In this document: piece after piece, positions 39,008-47,214 of the stretch
How positions within the stretch are numbered: the stretch's first letter is position 1
Layout of the letters: every line of letters starts with the position of its first letter
Assembly (NCBI GenBank): GCA_017439555.1
Contig: JAFSIZ010000186.1
Location: forward strand, 390-64,389
Source: Oscillospiraceae bacterium
GTDB lineage: Bacteria; Bacillota; Clostridia; Oscillospirales; JAAYXM01
Direction: 5' to 3'
Length of the DNA: 64,000 bases
Translations under genes and position numbers: made by a program
Notes under the pieces: generated by a model
Database searches by the model: none
The model's input: only the letters and a program-made list of their open reading frames with translations
Told to the model about the DNA's origin: nothing

Positions 39008-39532
39008 ATGGAGATTACACGCGACATAATTCCTGAGGGGAACGTAAACCGCCCGGGAGCGAGAAATTCCTGCAGATACATAACGGTGCACGAGACGGCA
39101 AATGCAAAGCGCGGCGCTGATGCCTGTGCCCACGCAGGCTATGTCAAAAAGCTCAGGGAGCGCACAAGCTGGCACTATACTGTGGACGATCACTCCGTCT
39201 ATCAGCATCTGCCCGATGAGGAAAAGAGCTATCACACCTCGAGCGCAACGGCGAACGAGAACTCAATCGCCATAGAGCTTTGCGTGAACGCTGACGGGGA
39301 TTTCAGAAAGACGGTTGACAATGCGGTGTGGCTTGTGAGACAGCTTATGAAAAAACACGGGATTTCTGCAGAATATGTCAGAACGCACAAGGAATGGACG
39401 GGGAAACAATGCCCTGCAACGCTTCTTTCGGGAGGCTGGAAGGAGTTTGTTACGAGAATAAGCGCAGAGGAGAAAAAGAGCATCACCGTCTCAGAGCTTC
39501 GTGCAATGGGGTATAGCGAAATAAAGCTGTAA
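39008..39532 (+). CDS. N-acetylmuramoyl-L-alanine amidase (Amidase_2/PGRP type)
   Basis: ITVHETAN...SWHYTVDD...SYHT...NSIAIELC pattern. AGGAGG RBS. Confidence 0.78.
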   Translation: MEITRDIIPEGNVNRPGARNSCRYITVHETANAKRGADACAHAGYVKKLRERTSWHYTVDDHSVYQHLPDEEKSYHTSSATANENSIAIELCVNADGDFRKTVDNAVWLVRQLMKKHGISAEYVRTHKEWTGKQCPATLLSGGWKEFVTRISAEEKKSITVSELRAMGYSEIKL

Positions 39533-39541
39533 AAAGGTGCA

Positions 39542-39576
39542 AAGCACCCTTGAAACACAAGGTTTCAGGGGTGCTT
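39542..39576. terminator. Hairpin between convergent amidase and DUF1540 genes
   Basis: aagcaccc-t-tgaaac...gtttca-g-gggtgctt. Confidence 0.5.
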
Positions 39577-39588
39577 CCGCTTTCTTCT

Positions 39589-39765
39589 TTAGCAGCAGCC
39601 CGGCTTCATCGAGAAGGACTGACAATCGGTGCACTGGTCCTGTGTCGGGTTCTGCTCGTGTGTGCCGACCTGGATGCTGCTGAGCGAACAATAGTTCACA
39701 CTGTCGCAATGATGCTTGCAGGATGTTACACTGCAATGGATGCTTTTGTTTGCATTTTCGTTCAT
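39589..39765 (-). CDS. DUF1540-like small Cys-rich protein (58 aa; below the ORF-track cutoff)
   Basis: My own translation is MNENANKSIHCSVTSCKHHCDSVNYCSLSSIQVGTHEQNPTQDQCTDCQSFSMKPGCC. GGAGG RBS 9 nt upstream. The C-x-V-x2-C...C...I.V...T.C..F spacing resembles DUF1540. Confidence 0.6.
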   Translation of the reverse strand: MNENANKSIHCSVTSCKHHCDSVNYCSLSSIQVGTHEQNPTQDQCTDCQSFSMKPGCC

Positions 39766-39917
39766 TTCATAAAACCTCCGTGTTTTTGTTTTGAGGAAAC
39801 GTTTTTATCTTGTGCAAATAAAGTGTTAAATATTCTTTTTGGCATTGACAATTATTACAATTTTTTTTAATATAGATATGTAAAATAATATCACAAAATA
39901 TATTTTGTAGGTTCGAG

Positions 39918-41597
39918 GTGTGTTTTTTGAAAAACAACAGAGCTTTGCTTTTTATAGCAAAAACTTCAAAACGTGAAATGCCGTGGATGCTGTTTGTCAC
40001 AGTGTTGAATGCAGTTTATGCGGCGCTGAATGTATATTTTGCGCTGGCTATGCGCGATGTTATAAACTATGCCGTTGCAGGTGATGTGAATTCTGCATAC
40101 AGCGCAGGGCTTGTGTTCATCGGCGTCGTGGCGGCGGAGATTGTATTGTTCTTTATCGTCAGGCTGCTTGCGGCAAAGACGACGGCGAAACTCAACGCGA
40201 CCTTCCGTCGCGCTGTTTTCGGTGAGATTATAAAAAAAGATTATTCGTCCGTCTCTGCGTTTCACAGCGGAGAGATAATCAACCGTATGTTCAACGATGT
40301 TGCAGTTGTGAGCGACAATGTATCGACACTCGTGCCGAATATCGCAGGGCTAATAACAAGGCTTCTCGGCGCGCTCGTTGCGGTATATCTCGTTGACAGG
40401 ACGTTTGCGCTCGTCATCCTTTGCGGCGGTGTCGGACTCTTTGTGTTCGCGAGAGCATTCCGCGGAATTATGAAGCGCACTCACAAGGGCGTGCAGGAGG
40501 CAGGCGGACGTCTGCGCTCGTTTGCGCAGGAAATTATGGCGAACATTCTCGTCGTGAAGGCTTTTGAGATGGAGAAAAGCCTTGATAAGAAGGAACAGGA
40601 AAACGAGAAAGCCTATTATAAGAAAAAAATGGTGCGCGCATTCTTCTCGACAGGCGCAAGCACAGGCTTTTCGACGATAATGAACTGTGGGTATCTCTAT
40701 GCCGTGCTCTGGGGCGCGGCGAAGATCCTGACAGGTGCGGCAGGCTTTGGCTATGGCGATTTCACGGCGATAATGCAGCTCATAAACCAGATTCAGTCGC
40801 CGTTTGCGTCTCTCTCGGGAAGTCTTTCAAGATATTACAATGCAATCGCATCTGCGGAGAGAATACTCGAGCTTTGCGATCTCCCGGATGACGGCGCGGA
40901 AAACAGAGCAGACACGAAGGCGATATACAGCGCTCTTTCTCATATAAAGCTTTCAGATGTAACCTTTGCATATGACGATACAGAGGTTTTCGATTCGGCA
41001 AGCGTTGAGATCAAAAAAGGAGAGCTCACCCTCATTTCGGGAATTTCGGGCATCGGAAAGAGCACGATGATAAAGATGCTTATGGGCGTATTGAGGCCGC
41101 AGAGCGGCGCGATTGAGGCGCAGCTTGAAGGCGGCGGCAGTATCCCTGTCGATGCATCGACGCGCTCGCTCTTTGCCTATGTGCCTCAGGGCAATCTACT
41201 GATGAGCGGCACGATCCGCGACAATATGTTGCTTGCGAAGGACGATGCAACCGATGCTGAAATACTCGATGCGCTGCGCGTTGCCTCGGCAAAGTTTTTC
41301 GATGAGCTTCCCGAGGGGCTTGATACAGTTCTCGGCGAGCGCGGCAGCGGCCTTTCGGAAGGGCAGATACAGCGCCTTGCAATCGCAAGAGCGGTTCTCT
41401 GCGGTGCACCGATTCTGCTTCTCGATGAGGCGACAAGTGCGCTCGATGAGCCGACAGAGCGCGAAGTGCTTGAAAATATTATGAAGCTTCCGGGCAGAAC
41501 CTGCGTCTGCATATCACACAGAAGTGCAGCGAAAGAGGTATGCGATAAAATTATATATGTAGAGAACGGGAAGATAAAGACGGAGGAGCAGATATGA
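39918..41597 (+). CDS. ABC exporter, fused permease and ATPase (MsbA/CydC-like half transporter)
   Basis: Six-helix N-terminal half. Walker A GISGIGKST, signature LSEGQIQRLAIARA and Walker B ILLLDEATSALD. The start is uncertain (GTG 39918 or TTG 39927). Confidence 0.8.
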   Translation: MCFLKNNRALLFIAKTSKREMPWMLFVTVLNAVYAALNVYFALAMRDVINYAVAGDVNSAYSAGLVFIGVVAAEIVLFFIVRLLAAKTTAKLNATFRRAVFGEIIKKDYSSVSAFHSGEIINRMFNDVAVVSDNVSTLVPNIAGLITRLLGALVAVYLVDRTFALVILCGGVGLFVFARAFRGIMKRTHKGVQEAGGRLRSFAQEIMANILVVKAFEMEKSLDKKEQENEKAYYKKKMVRAFFSTGASTGFSTIMNCGYLYAVLWGAAKILTGAAGFGYGDFTAIMQLINQIQSPFASLSGSLSRYYNAIASAERILELCDLPDDGAENRADTKAIYSALSHIKLSDVTFAYDDTEVFDSASVEIKKGELTLISGISGIGKSTMIKMLMGVLRPQSGAIEAQLEGGGSIPVDASTRSLFAYVPQGNLLMSGTIRDNMLLAKDDATDAEILDALRVASAKFFDELPEGLDTVLGERGSGLSEGQIQRLAIARAVLCGAPILLLDEATSALDEPTEREVLENIMKLPGRTCVCISHRSAAKEVCDKIIYVENGKIKTEEQI

Positions 41598-42286
41598 ATA
41601 TATCGGGTTTTCAGAAGCTTACGTTGCTTGATTTTCCGGGTAAGACGGCGGCGACATTGTTTACAGGCGGCTGTAATATGCGCTGCCCATTCTGCCACAA
41701 CGCGCTTCTTGTGACGGAGTTTGACGGCTCTTCGGATTTTTCCGAGGAAGAGGTGCTTGCGTATCTCAAAAAGCGCGCAGGAATTCTTGACGGCATCTGC
41801 ATAACCGGCGGTGAGCCGCTTCTGCAGCGCGATATTGCTTCTTTCATTTCAAAGGTCAGGCAGCTCGGGATGCTTGTCAAGCTCGACACGAACGGAAGCT
41901 TTCCTGAAAGGCTTCGTGAGATTGTTTCCGAAAACCTTGTCGATTACATAGCGATGGATATAAAAAACTCAAAGGAGAAATATGCGGAGACCTCGGGCGT
42001 CCGCGATTTTGATATTGCGCCGATTGAGGAAAGCGTCAGCTATATTATGTCCTGCGGAGTGGATTATGAATTCCGCACAACAGTTGTCCGCGAGCTTCAC
42101 GAGGTTGAGGATATAGGCGGCATAGCCGAATGGATAAAGGGCGCAAAGAGATATTTTCTGCAGAACTTTGTCGATTCGGGAAATCTCATAGGCGAGGGCT
42201 TTTCCGCACACAGCCGTGAAACTCTGGAGAAAATGAGAACTGTCGCGGCAGAGAGGATTGGTTTTGTGCAACTTCGAGGAGTGTAG
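41594..42286 (+). CDS. nrdG: Anaerobic ribonucleoside-triphosphate reductase activating protein (radical SAM)
   Basis: LLDFPGKTAATLFTGGCNMRCPFCHN CxxxCxxC cluster motif and GGEPLL. ATGA overlap with the ABC gene. Confidence 0.82.
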   Translation: MNISGFQKLTLLDFPGKTAATLFTGGCNMRCPFCHNALLVTEFDGSSDFSEEEVLAYLKKRAGILDGICITGGEPLLQRDIASFISKVRQLGMLVKLDTNGSFPERLREIVSENLVDYIAMDIKNSKEKYAETSGVRDFDIAPIEESVSYIMSCGVDYEFRTTVVRELHEVEDIGGIAEWIKGAKRYFLQNFVDSGNLIGEGFSAHSRETLEKMRTVAAERIGFVQLRGV

Positions 42287-42337
42287 GAGAACGGGGAATA
42301 ACACAAGAGAACCGTACTGCAAAGTAAATAAAGACAG

Positions 42338-42377
42338 CCCCTGCAAACGGAAATTCCGCTTGCAGGGGTTGTTGTTT
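42338..42377 (+). terminator. Intrinsic terminator after nrdG
   Basis: cccctgcaa...ttgcagggg followed by ttgttgttt. Confidence 0.7.
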
Positions 42378-42496
42378 AGTGAATCCGAAAGCCTTATTCA
42401 ATCGAGTCGGCTATGAAGGTTACTTTGCCACCGCCGTTGAACGTCAACACAACAGAACTGTCACCTTGTGTTTTTCCTTTGGCTTGGGCATGCAAC

Positions 42497-43042
42497 TTAC
42501 ATACGCTCCGCATCAAAATATAAAATACTGTTTGTACAATCCAAGTAAACCTCTCCCATATAATTTACACCGAGAATTTCATTTGAAAATTGTTCATTAT
42601 ACATCCATTCAAATTCGCTGCATCCCGTAACTTCAGGTTGAATCCCTTCTTCAAAGTTCAAATCAACATTTTCAAACTTATACTTTTCGAGTAAACATTG
42701 CGCATTATCTTCATCTATCATCATAAATCCCTTCATCCAGTACGATGTTGGACCAACCGCAAAACCGCCAAAAACACCCACTTTCCAATAACATTGTCCT
42801 ATATCCAGATTTTCACCAAATCTTTTAATCAATGGCTCAGTATCTGTCCGATATTCAATTTTGGGTAAATCTGAAGGACTTTGTGATTCTACATAAAGAA
42901 TCTTGAATATTAGTATTATGTATAGTAGTATTATAGCTGCAATCACAAAGAACACATAAAGCATTTTTTTTAAAACAGGCTTCAACGACTTCGCCCCCTT
43001 TCGCTTTGTTTCTCCGATGCCTTCACATCTTTCATCGACCAA
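42497..43042 (-). CDS. Hypothetical membrane-anchored protein (AT-rich islet)
   Basis: ORF with a TM helix MLYVFFVIAAIILLYIILIF. The start is uncertain. Confidence 0.45.
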   Translation of the reverse strand: MVDERCEGIGETKRKGAKSLKPVLKKMLYVFFVIAAIILLYIILIFKILYVESQSPSDLPKIEYRTDTEPLIKRFGENLDIGQCYWKVGVFGGFAVGPTSYWMKGFMMIDEDNAQCLLEKYKFENVDLNFEEGIQPEVTGCSEFEWMYNEQFSNEILGVNYMGEVYLDCTNSILYFDAERM

Positions 43043-43090
43043 GCATTCAACAAGCCATTTGGCTTTGCGTCCATTCTAAATGGCCGTGAA

Positions 43091-43408
43091 TTAAGCGCTG
43101 ATGATCCAAAAAAATGATATGCGGAAAATGATATGAGTAACTAATAAAGCAATGCCATAAGCCCATCTTTTATTTGCAAATAATTCATATGATGCATATA
43201 GCGAAAATATCTCCGGACAAGCCATAACATAGCAAAGCAGAAGAGAATAAGGCAGTGAAACACCATTGTATAAATGAAGTACAAAAGATGTATCAACACC
43301 GATTGTTAAAAACAGCCGATACAAAACCTGCAAAACCGCATGGTAAGCTAAAATAATCAACAAAAGATAGCGTCCGACCATATATAGTTTATTAATTATC
43401 CTTTTCAT
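43091..43408 (-). CDS. Small polytopic membrane protein
   Basis: 105 aa with three hydrophobic helices. Confidence 0.4.
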   Translation of the reverse strand: MKRIINKLYMVGRYLLLIILAYHAVLQVLYRLFLTIGVDTSFVLHLYNGVSLPYSLLLCYVMACPEIFSLYASYELFANKRWAYGIALLVTHIIFRISFFWIISA

Positions 43409-43507
43409 GTTTCATAACCTCATTAATTATTAGAAATATCGAATCTCTTATCTTCCGGGACATTATGCCATCCCAACCCAACAATACTGCGAGCCATTTG
43501 CTGTGGG

Positions 43508-43526
43508 GACGTCCCTGTTTGGCCTC
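43508..43526 (+). repeat. Islet repeat motif, degenerate copy
   Basis: gacgtccctgtttggcctc versus the consensus tacgtccctatttggcctc. Confidence 0.6.
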
Positions 43527-43534
43527 AAATAGTT

Positions 43535-44383
43535 TTAATCATCAATTATATTGACAGGCATAAAACCAGCACGAACTTTATTTTTTATAAATATGTCTCT
43601 CAATTTCTTCGAAACAACTATAAAGCGATTGGGTTTTAATCCGTATGAAAATTCAAATGAAAAATTCAAGTCTTTTGCTTTTACCAAACTACTATGACTA
43701 TACTTAACATTTGAAGCAATTAGATACTGTTTATGTTCACACGATTTTTCTCTCCATTCCCAAAACCATGTTTGGGAATGCATTGGCGGAAGTATATTAT
43801 TTGCGGTTGGTTCTATACAAAAATACTCTCCCATTTCTCTTCCTTTATAATCTTTTAACATATGCTTAAATTCAAATCCGGTTAAGCTATTTTCTTCTAT
43901 CAACCATTTCGTGGATTTGGATATAGCTATTATGCTATCAGTTAACTGCAAAATCGGCTTTTTCTTAATTAATTTGCGATCAATTAAAGCATCACTGACA
44001 AGACTTCTGTTCGCATCACATAATGTGCAACCATTACGAAATTGAGTACCATAATCCTCCAAATGAACAGCTTCAATTTCCATCGGATCAGATAACCACA
44101 TATAAAAGAACTCGCAATTTTTTTCTTCGATTGGAGTGTAAACAGTTTTTTCACGAATTTCCAAATGTGCCCCTATTCTTTTTGCCATTTTTGTCACATA
44201 TAAGTATTCATCTGTATCAGGCATTAACGGCAAACAAAAGGGACCGTGTTCTGAATATTGGAAATCCTTTCGTAAACAACTTGGAATCGAATCTCTGACA
44301 TTGTCATAAATTTCTCTTCGTATGTTGTTTTCGATAAAGCCTAGATCTAAAATATGAACATCAAACACACTTAAATCCCCCAA
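43535..44383 (-). CDS. Hypothetical protein (AT-rich islet)
   Basis: 282-aa ORF with no recognisable motif, flanked by the repeat motif. Confidence 0.5.
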   Translation of the reverse strand: MGDLSVFDVHILDLGFIENNIRREIYDNVRDSIPSCLRKDFQYSEHGPFCLPLMPDTDEYLYVTKMAKRIGAHLEIREKTVYTPIEEKNCEFFYMWLSDPMEIEAVHLEDYGTQFRNGCTLCDANRSLVSDALIDRKLIKKKPILQLTDSIIAISKSTKWLIEENSLTGFEFKHMLKDYKGREMGEYFCIEPTANNILPPMHSQTWFWEWREKSCEHKQYLIASNVKYSHSSLVKAKDLNFSFEFSYGLKPNRFIVVSKKLRDIFIKNKVRAGFMPVNIIDD

Positions 44384-44407
44384 TCTATTCCGGTTGTATG
44401 GTGCAAA

Positions 44408-44436
44408 GCCATTTGGGGACGTACATTTTTTGGTAC
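44408..44436 (-). repeat. Islet repeat motif, inverted copy
   Basis: The reverse complement gtaccaaaaaatgtacgtccccaaatggc resembles ataccaaataatgtacgtccctatttggc. Confidence 0.6.
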
Positions 44437-44524
44437 TATTTTACGCACGCGTTATAACCCCTCTCGAAACCCCGGTCAATCTTTGCAACTGTCTCACCGG
44501 AAAATTCTTTTTCAGCTCTGCCAA

Positions 44525-44580
44525 GATACCAAATAATGTACGTCCCTATTTGGCCTCTTCCGTCCCTATTTGGCCTCTTC
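44525..44580 (+). repeat. Islet repeat: 36-bp unit with a tandemly duplicated 20-mer
   Basis: gataccaaataatgtacgtccctatttggcctcttc, then a second cgtccctatttggcctcttc. Confidence 0.85.
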
Positions 44581-44648
44581 GCGCTGTTCTACTCACTCCA
44601 ATCACCTCTGCAAAAAGTATACCATATTCTTCTCTTCACATCAATAAT

Positions 44649-44684
44649 GATACCAAATAATGTACGTCCCTATTTGGCCTCTTC
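44649..44684 (+). repeat. Islet repeat: second exact 36-bp copy
   Basis: Identical to 44525-44560. Confidence 0.9.
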
Positions 44685-44706
44685 AGAATAAACCCGACAA
44701 GTGATT

Positions 44707-45051
44707 TTATACTTGTCGGGTTTGTGTTACTATTACGCTTACTTCCTTTTTGGCTTTTGCGCAGGCATCAATTACAAATTTGGTTCCTTTTGATTTGCCG
44801 TCACAAAAAGCAACAACAGAATCTGCATATTCAATTATCTGCAGATTGCGCTTTAACGGCGCTCCTTTTTTATAGCGCCTATAATCAGGAAGAAATTCTT
44901 TTAATATCAGTCCGTTCCTTTTTGCGTATTCTCGTGCGCAGGTATCAATTCCGCTTGCTCCGCCGGATACTATTTCAGTTGTTCCGGGTGGAAGATAGTC
45001 GCCAAGATTTTCAACTGTCAGCTTGCGCGAACCTATTACCGCTATTTTCAT
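44707..45051 (-). CDS. SLOG-superfamily (DUF2493-like) Rossmann protein
   Basis: 114 aa. MKIAVIGSR...EIVSGGASGIDTCAREYA...PDYRRYKKGAPLKRN...VVAFCDGKSKGT fits the GGxxGxD SLOG/DUF2493 pattern common in phage and conjugative-element DNA. Confidence 0.6.
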   Translation of the reverse strand: MKIAVIGSRKLTVENLGDYLPPGTTEIVSGGASGIDTCAREYAKRNGLILKEFLPDYRRYKKGAPLKRNLQIIEYADSVVAFCDGKSKGTKFVIDACAKAKKEVSVIVTQTRQV

Positions 45052-45253
45052 ATCTCAACATCCTAACATAATTTAGGGAAGACAGGGAAACGGTTCTATT
45101 GTCCGTTATATTTTCTCTATAATCCCCTTGTCTTATAGAGCTGTGATTTTTCGCAGCTCTATATTTATAACGATTTTCTTATTTTTTTGGTCATTGCGGT
45201 GCGTTCCTATGTCGGAAAACGTACATATATGCATACCCACGCTTTTGAACTTA

Positions 45254-45365
45254 TACCCGTATTCGGGTATGTAGATTGTAGCATATTACTTATTGGAAGT
45301 CAACCCGTATTCGGGTAACCTCGGCCTTTTCTCATATTATGATTATATCAACCCGCAAACGGGTA
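45254..45365. promoter_or_regulatory. Three palindromic ACCCG-N4-CGGGT sites (candidate operators)
   Basis: tacccgtattcgggta (45254-45269), aacccgtattcgggta (45302-45317) and acccgcaaacgggt (45351-45364), directly upstream of the XRE gene. Confidence 0.55.
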
Positions 45366-45392
45366 ATCATAAGCAGTAAAGGGTTGAGGTTC

Positions 45393-45644
45393 GTGGAGTA
45401 TTGGGAAATATATATAAATAGAATAAAGAAGTTGTGCAAAGAGCGAAGAATTACAATAAACAAGCTTGCTACTATGAGTGATGTTAAACAATCTACACTT
45501 GATAATATTATGCGTGGGCTTACAAAAAATCCGCGTGTAAAAACCTTGCATAAGCTTGCCATTGCTTTCAATATGACTTTGTCTGAGTTTTTGGATTTCG
45601 AGGATCTCAACGATTATTCGTTTGAAGATGATGACGATGAATAG
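45393..45644 (+). CDS. XRE-family HTH regulator with acidic tail
   Basis: INRIKKLCKERRITINKLATMSDVKQSTLDNIMRGLTKNPRVKTLHKLAIAFNMTLSEFL. I prefer GTG 45393 because the track start (45339) would place an operator palindrome inside the ORF. Confidence 0.68.
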   Translation: MEYWEIYINRIKKLCKERRITINKLATMSDVKQSTLDNIMRGLTKNPRVKTLHKLAIAFNMTLSEFLDFEDLNDYSFEDDDDE

Positions 45645-45775
45645 AGAGGCATATTTCGAGGCGAACACAAAAGGGGGGTCTTGTGTTGTTCAATTATCTG
45701 ATATTTTTACATTCCAACATCCTAACATATATTTATAACATTTTTCAAGACATAATATTGGTGAGGTGAATTATT

Positions 45776-45964
45776 ATGGATGAAAAGCTTGTTATAAATA
45801 AAAAAGGAATTAAAGGAGAAGATGGGCATAAGACCTTCTCGGTCAGACTGAAGGACGAAACGGTTGCTGCGCTTGACAATTTATCTAAGCAAACAAACCG
45901 TTCAAGGAATGAGTTGATAAATATTCTGATTGAGTTTGCAATCGAAAACTGCGAAGTGCAATAA
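45776..45964 (+). CDS. Ribbon-helix-helix (RHH; CopG/Arc-like) protein
   Basis: KTFSVRLKDETVAALDNLSKQTNRSRNELINILIEFAI gives a beta strand followed by two helices. Confidence 0.58.
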   Translation: MDEKLVINKKGIKGEDGHKTFSVRLKDETVAALDNLSKQTNRSRNELINILIEFAIENCEVQ

Positions 45965-46135
45965 GAAGAGACGAATAAAAGACGCGAGGGAGGTTCTCTT
46001 GTCTCCGGTGACGGAACGATGGAACTGTCTTCGTGTCTTTTTTAAGCTTTCGGGTGAATATTTTTGTTAAAGTCTTGACATACGCATCCCAAAGTGTTAA
46101 ACTTATAACAATGTTTATTTGGGAGGTAAAAAGAA

Positions 46136-46894
46136 ATGTTTTGTTTGAAAAATCGCGTAGTAGTTGTATCGGGTGCGTCGTCTGGTCTCGGCGCACAGAT
46201 GGCAAGAGGCTTTGCGGCACAGGGTGCCGATCTTGTTATCACAGCAAGAAGAATTGAGCGTCTCAATGCTCTTGCAGAGGAAATCCGCGCAATGGGTGTC
46301 AAGTGCCTTCCCGTTCAGTGTGACGTAACGAAGCCTGAGCAGATCAACGCAGCGGCAGAAGCTGCAGAGAAGGAATATGGCAAAGTTGATGTGCTTGTCA
46401 ACTGCGCAGGCAGCGCAAAGAACGCAGGCGTTCTCGAGATGACAGACGAGGAATGGGATTTCACAATGTCCGCTGACCTCGACAGCGTTTTTTATGTAAC
46501 ACGTGCTTTTGCAAATGTTATGAAGAAGAACAACTATGGAAGAATCATCAATATCGCATCAATGTACGGTCTTGTCGGCAACCCGGCAATCGACACTGTT
46601 GCATACCACGCATCAAAGGGCGGCGTTGTAAACTTCACGCGCGCTGTTGCAGCTGAGCTTGCAAAGTATAACATCACCTGCAACTGCATCTGCCCGGGAT
46701 ATTTCGCAACCGAGCTTACAGAGGACACCCTCAAGACAGATGCGTTCACTGCATATATGAAGGCAACCGTTCCGCTCGGCCGCTATGGTAACGAGGGCGA
46801 GCTCAATGCAGGAGCAATCTTCCTTGCAAGTGATGAGGCTTCATATGTAACGGGTGTTATCCTTCCGATAGACGGCGGATATACAGCTATATAA
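46136..46894 (+). CDS. Short-chain dehydrogenase/reductase (SDR)
   Basis: Motifs SGASSGLG, NCAG and YHASKGG. Confidence 0.8.
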   Translation: MFCLKNRVVVVSGASSGLGAQMARGFAAQGADLVITARRIERLNALAEEIRAMGVKCLPVQCDVTKPEQINAAAEAAEKEYGKVDVLVNCAGSAKNAGVLEMTDEEWDFTMSADLDSVFYVTRAFANVMKKNNYGRIINIASMYGLVGNPAIDTVAYHASKGGVVNFTRAVAAELAKYNITCNCICPGYFATELTEDTLKTDAFTAYMKATVPLGRYGNEGELNAGAIFLASDEASYVTGVILPIDGGYTAI

Positions 46895-47039
46895 CTAAAA
46901 TAAGAATATGTGGCGGTGCTGCGGAAATTCCGTGGCGCCGTCTCTTTTTATATTAATTGCCCTGAGCGCCGCAAACCCTTGATACTATGCGGTTTTTGGC
47001 GGTTTTTGTCGCAGATTTTGTGTCGATTCGTAAAAATCA

Positions 47040-47055
47040 ACACAAGATATTGTGG
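47040..47055. promoter_or_regulatory. NrdR-box-like palindrome
   Basis: ACACAAGATATTGTGG resembles the acaCwAtATaTwGtgt consensus recalled from memory. It lies 20 nt upstream of the -35 of the nrdD promoter. Confidence 0.45.
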
Positions 47056-47074
47056 GTTTTTGCCGAAAAAAGTA

Positions 47075-47103
47075 TTGACAATAATTATATACTGTGATAG
47101 AAT
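47075..47103 (+). promoter_or_regulatory. nrdD promoter
   Basis: TTGACA, 17-nt spacer, TAGAAT. Confidence 0.65.
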
Positions 47104-47123
47104 TCTCTTGCACTCGCGAAAAA

Positions 47124-47184
47124 CACAAGATACATAAGTGCAACATAAATATATATGGCATATGTTGTGTTTATGTATCTTGTG
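47124..47184 (+). promoter_or_regulatory. Long imperfect palindrome in the nrdD leader (operator and/or RNA hairpin)
   Basis: cacaagatacataa-gtg-caacata ... tatgttg-tgt-ttatgtatcttgtg. It shares the cacaagata half-site with the box at 47040. Confidence 0.5.
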
Positions 47185-47214
47185 ATTGGAATAAAGACGG
47201 AAGGGGAATTTTTT

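Noticed and set aside
44394-44660. 88-aa plus-strand ORF in the islet
   Set aside because: It is made almost entirely of the repeat units and intervening non-coding sequence, it has no RBS, and the repeats also occur outside any ORF.
47155-47214. Upstream ATG start for nrdD given in the ORF track
   Set aside because: The ATG at 47155 sits in the loop of the leader palindrome and has no RBS. The ATP-cone begins at the Met encoded at 47215, which has a purine-rich RBS.
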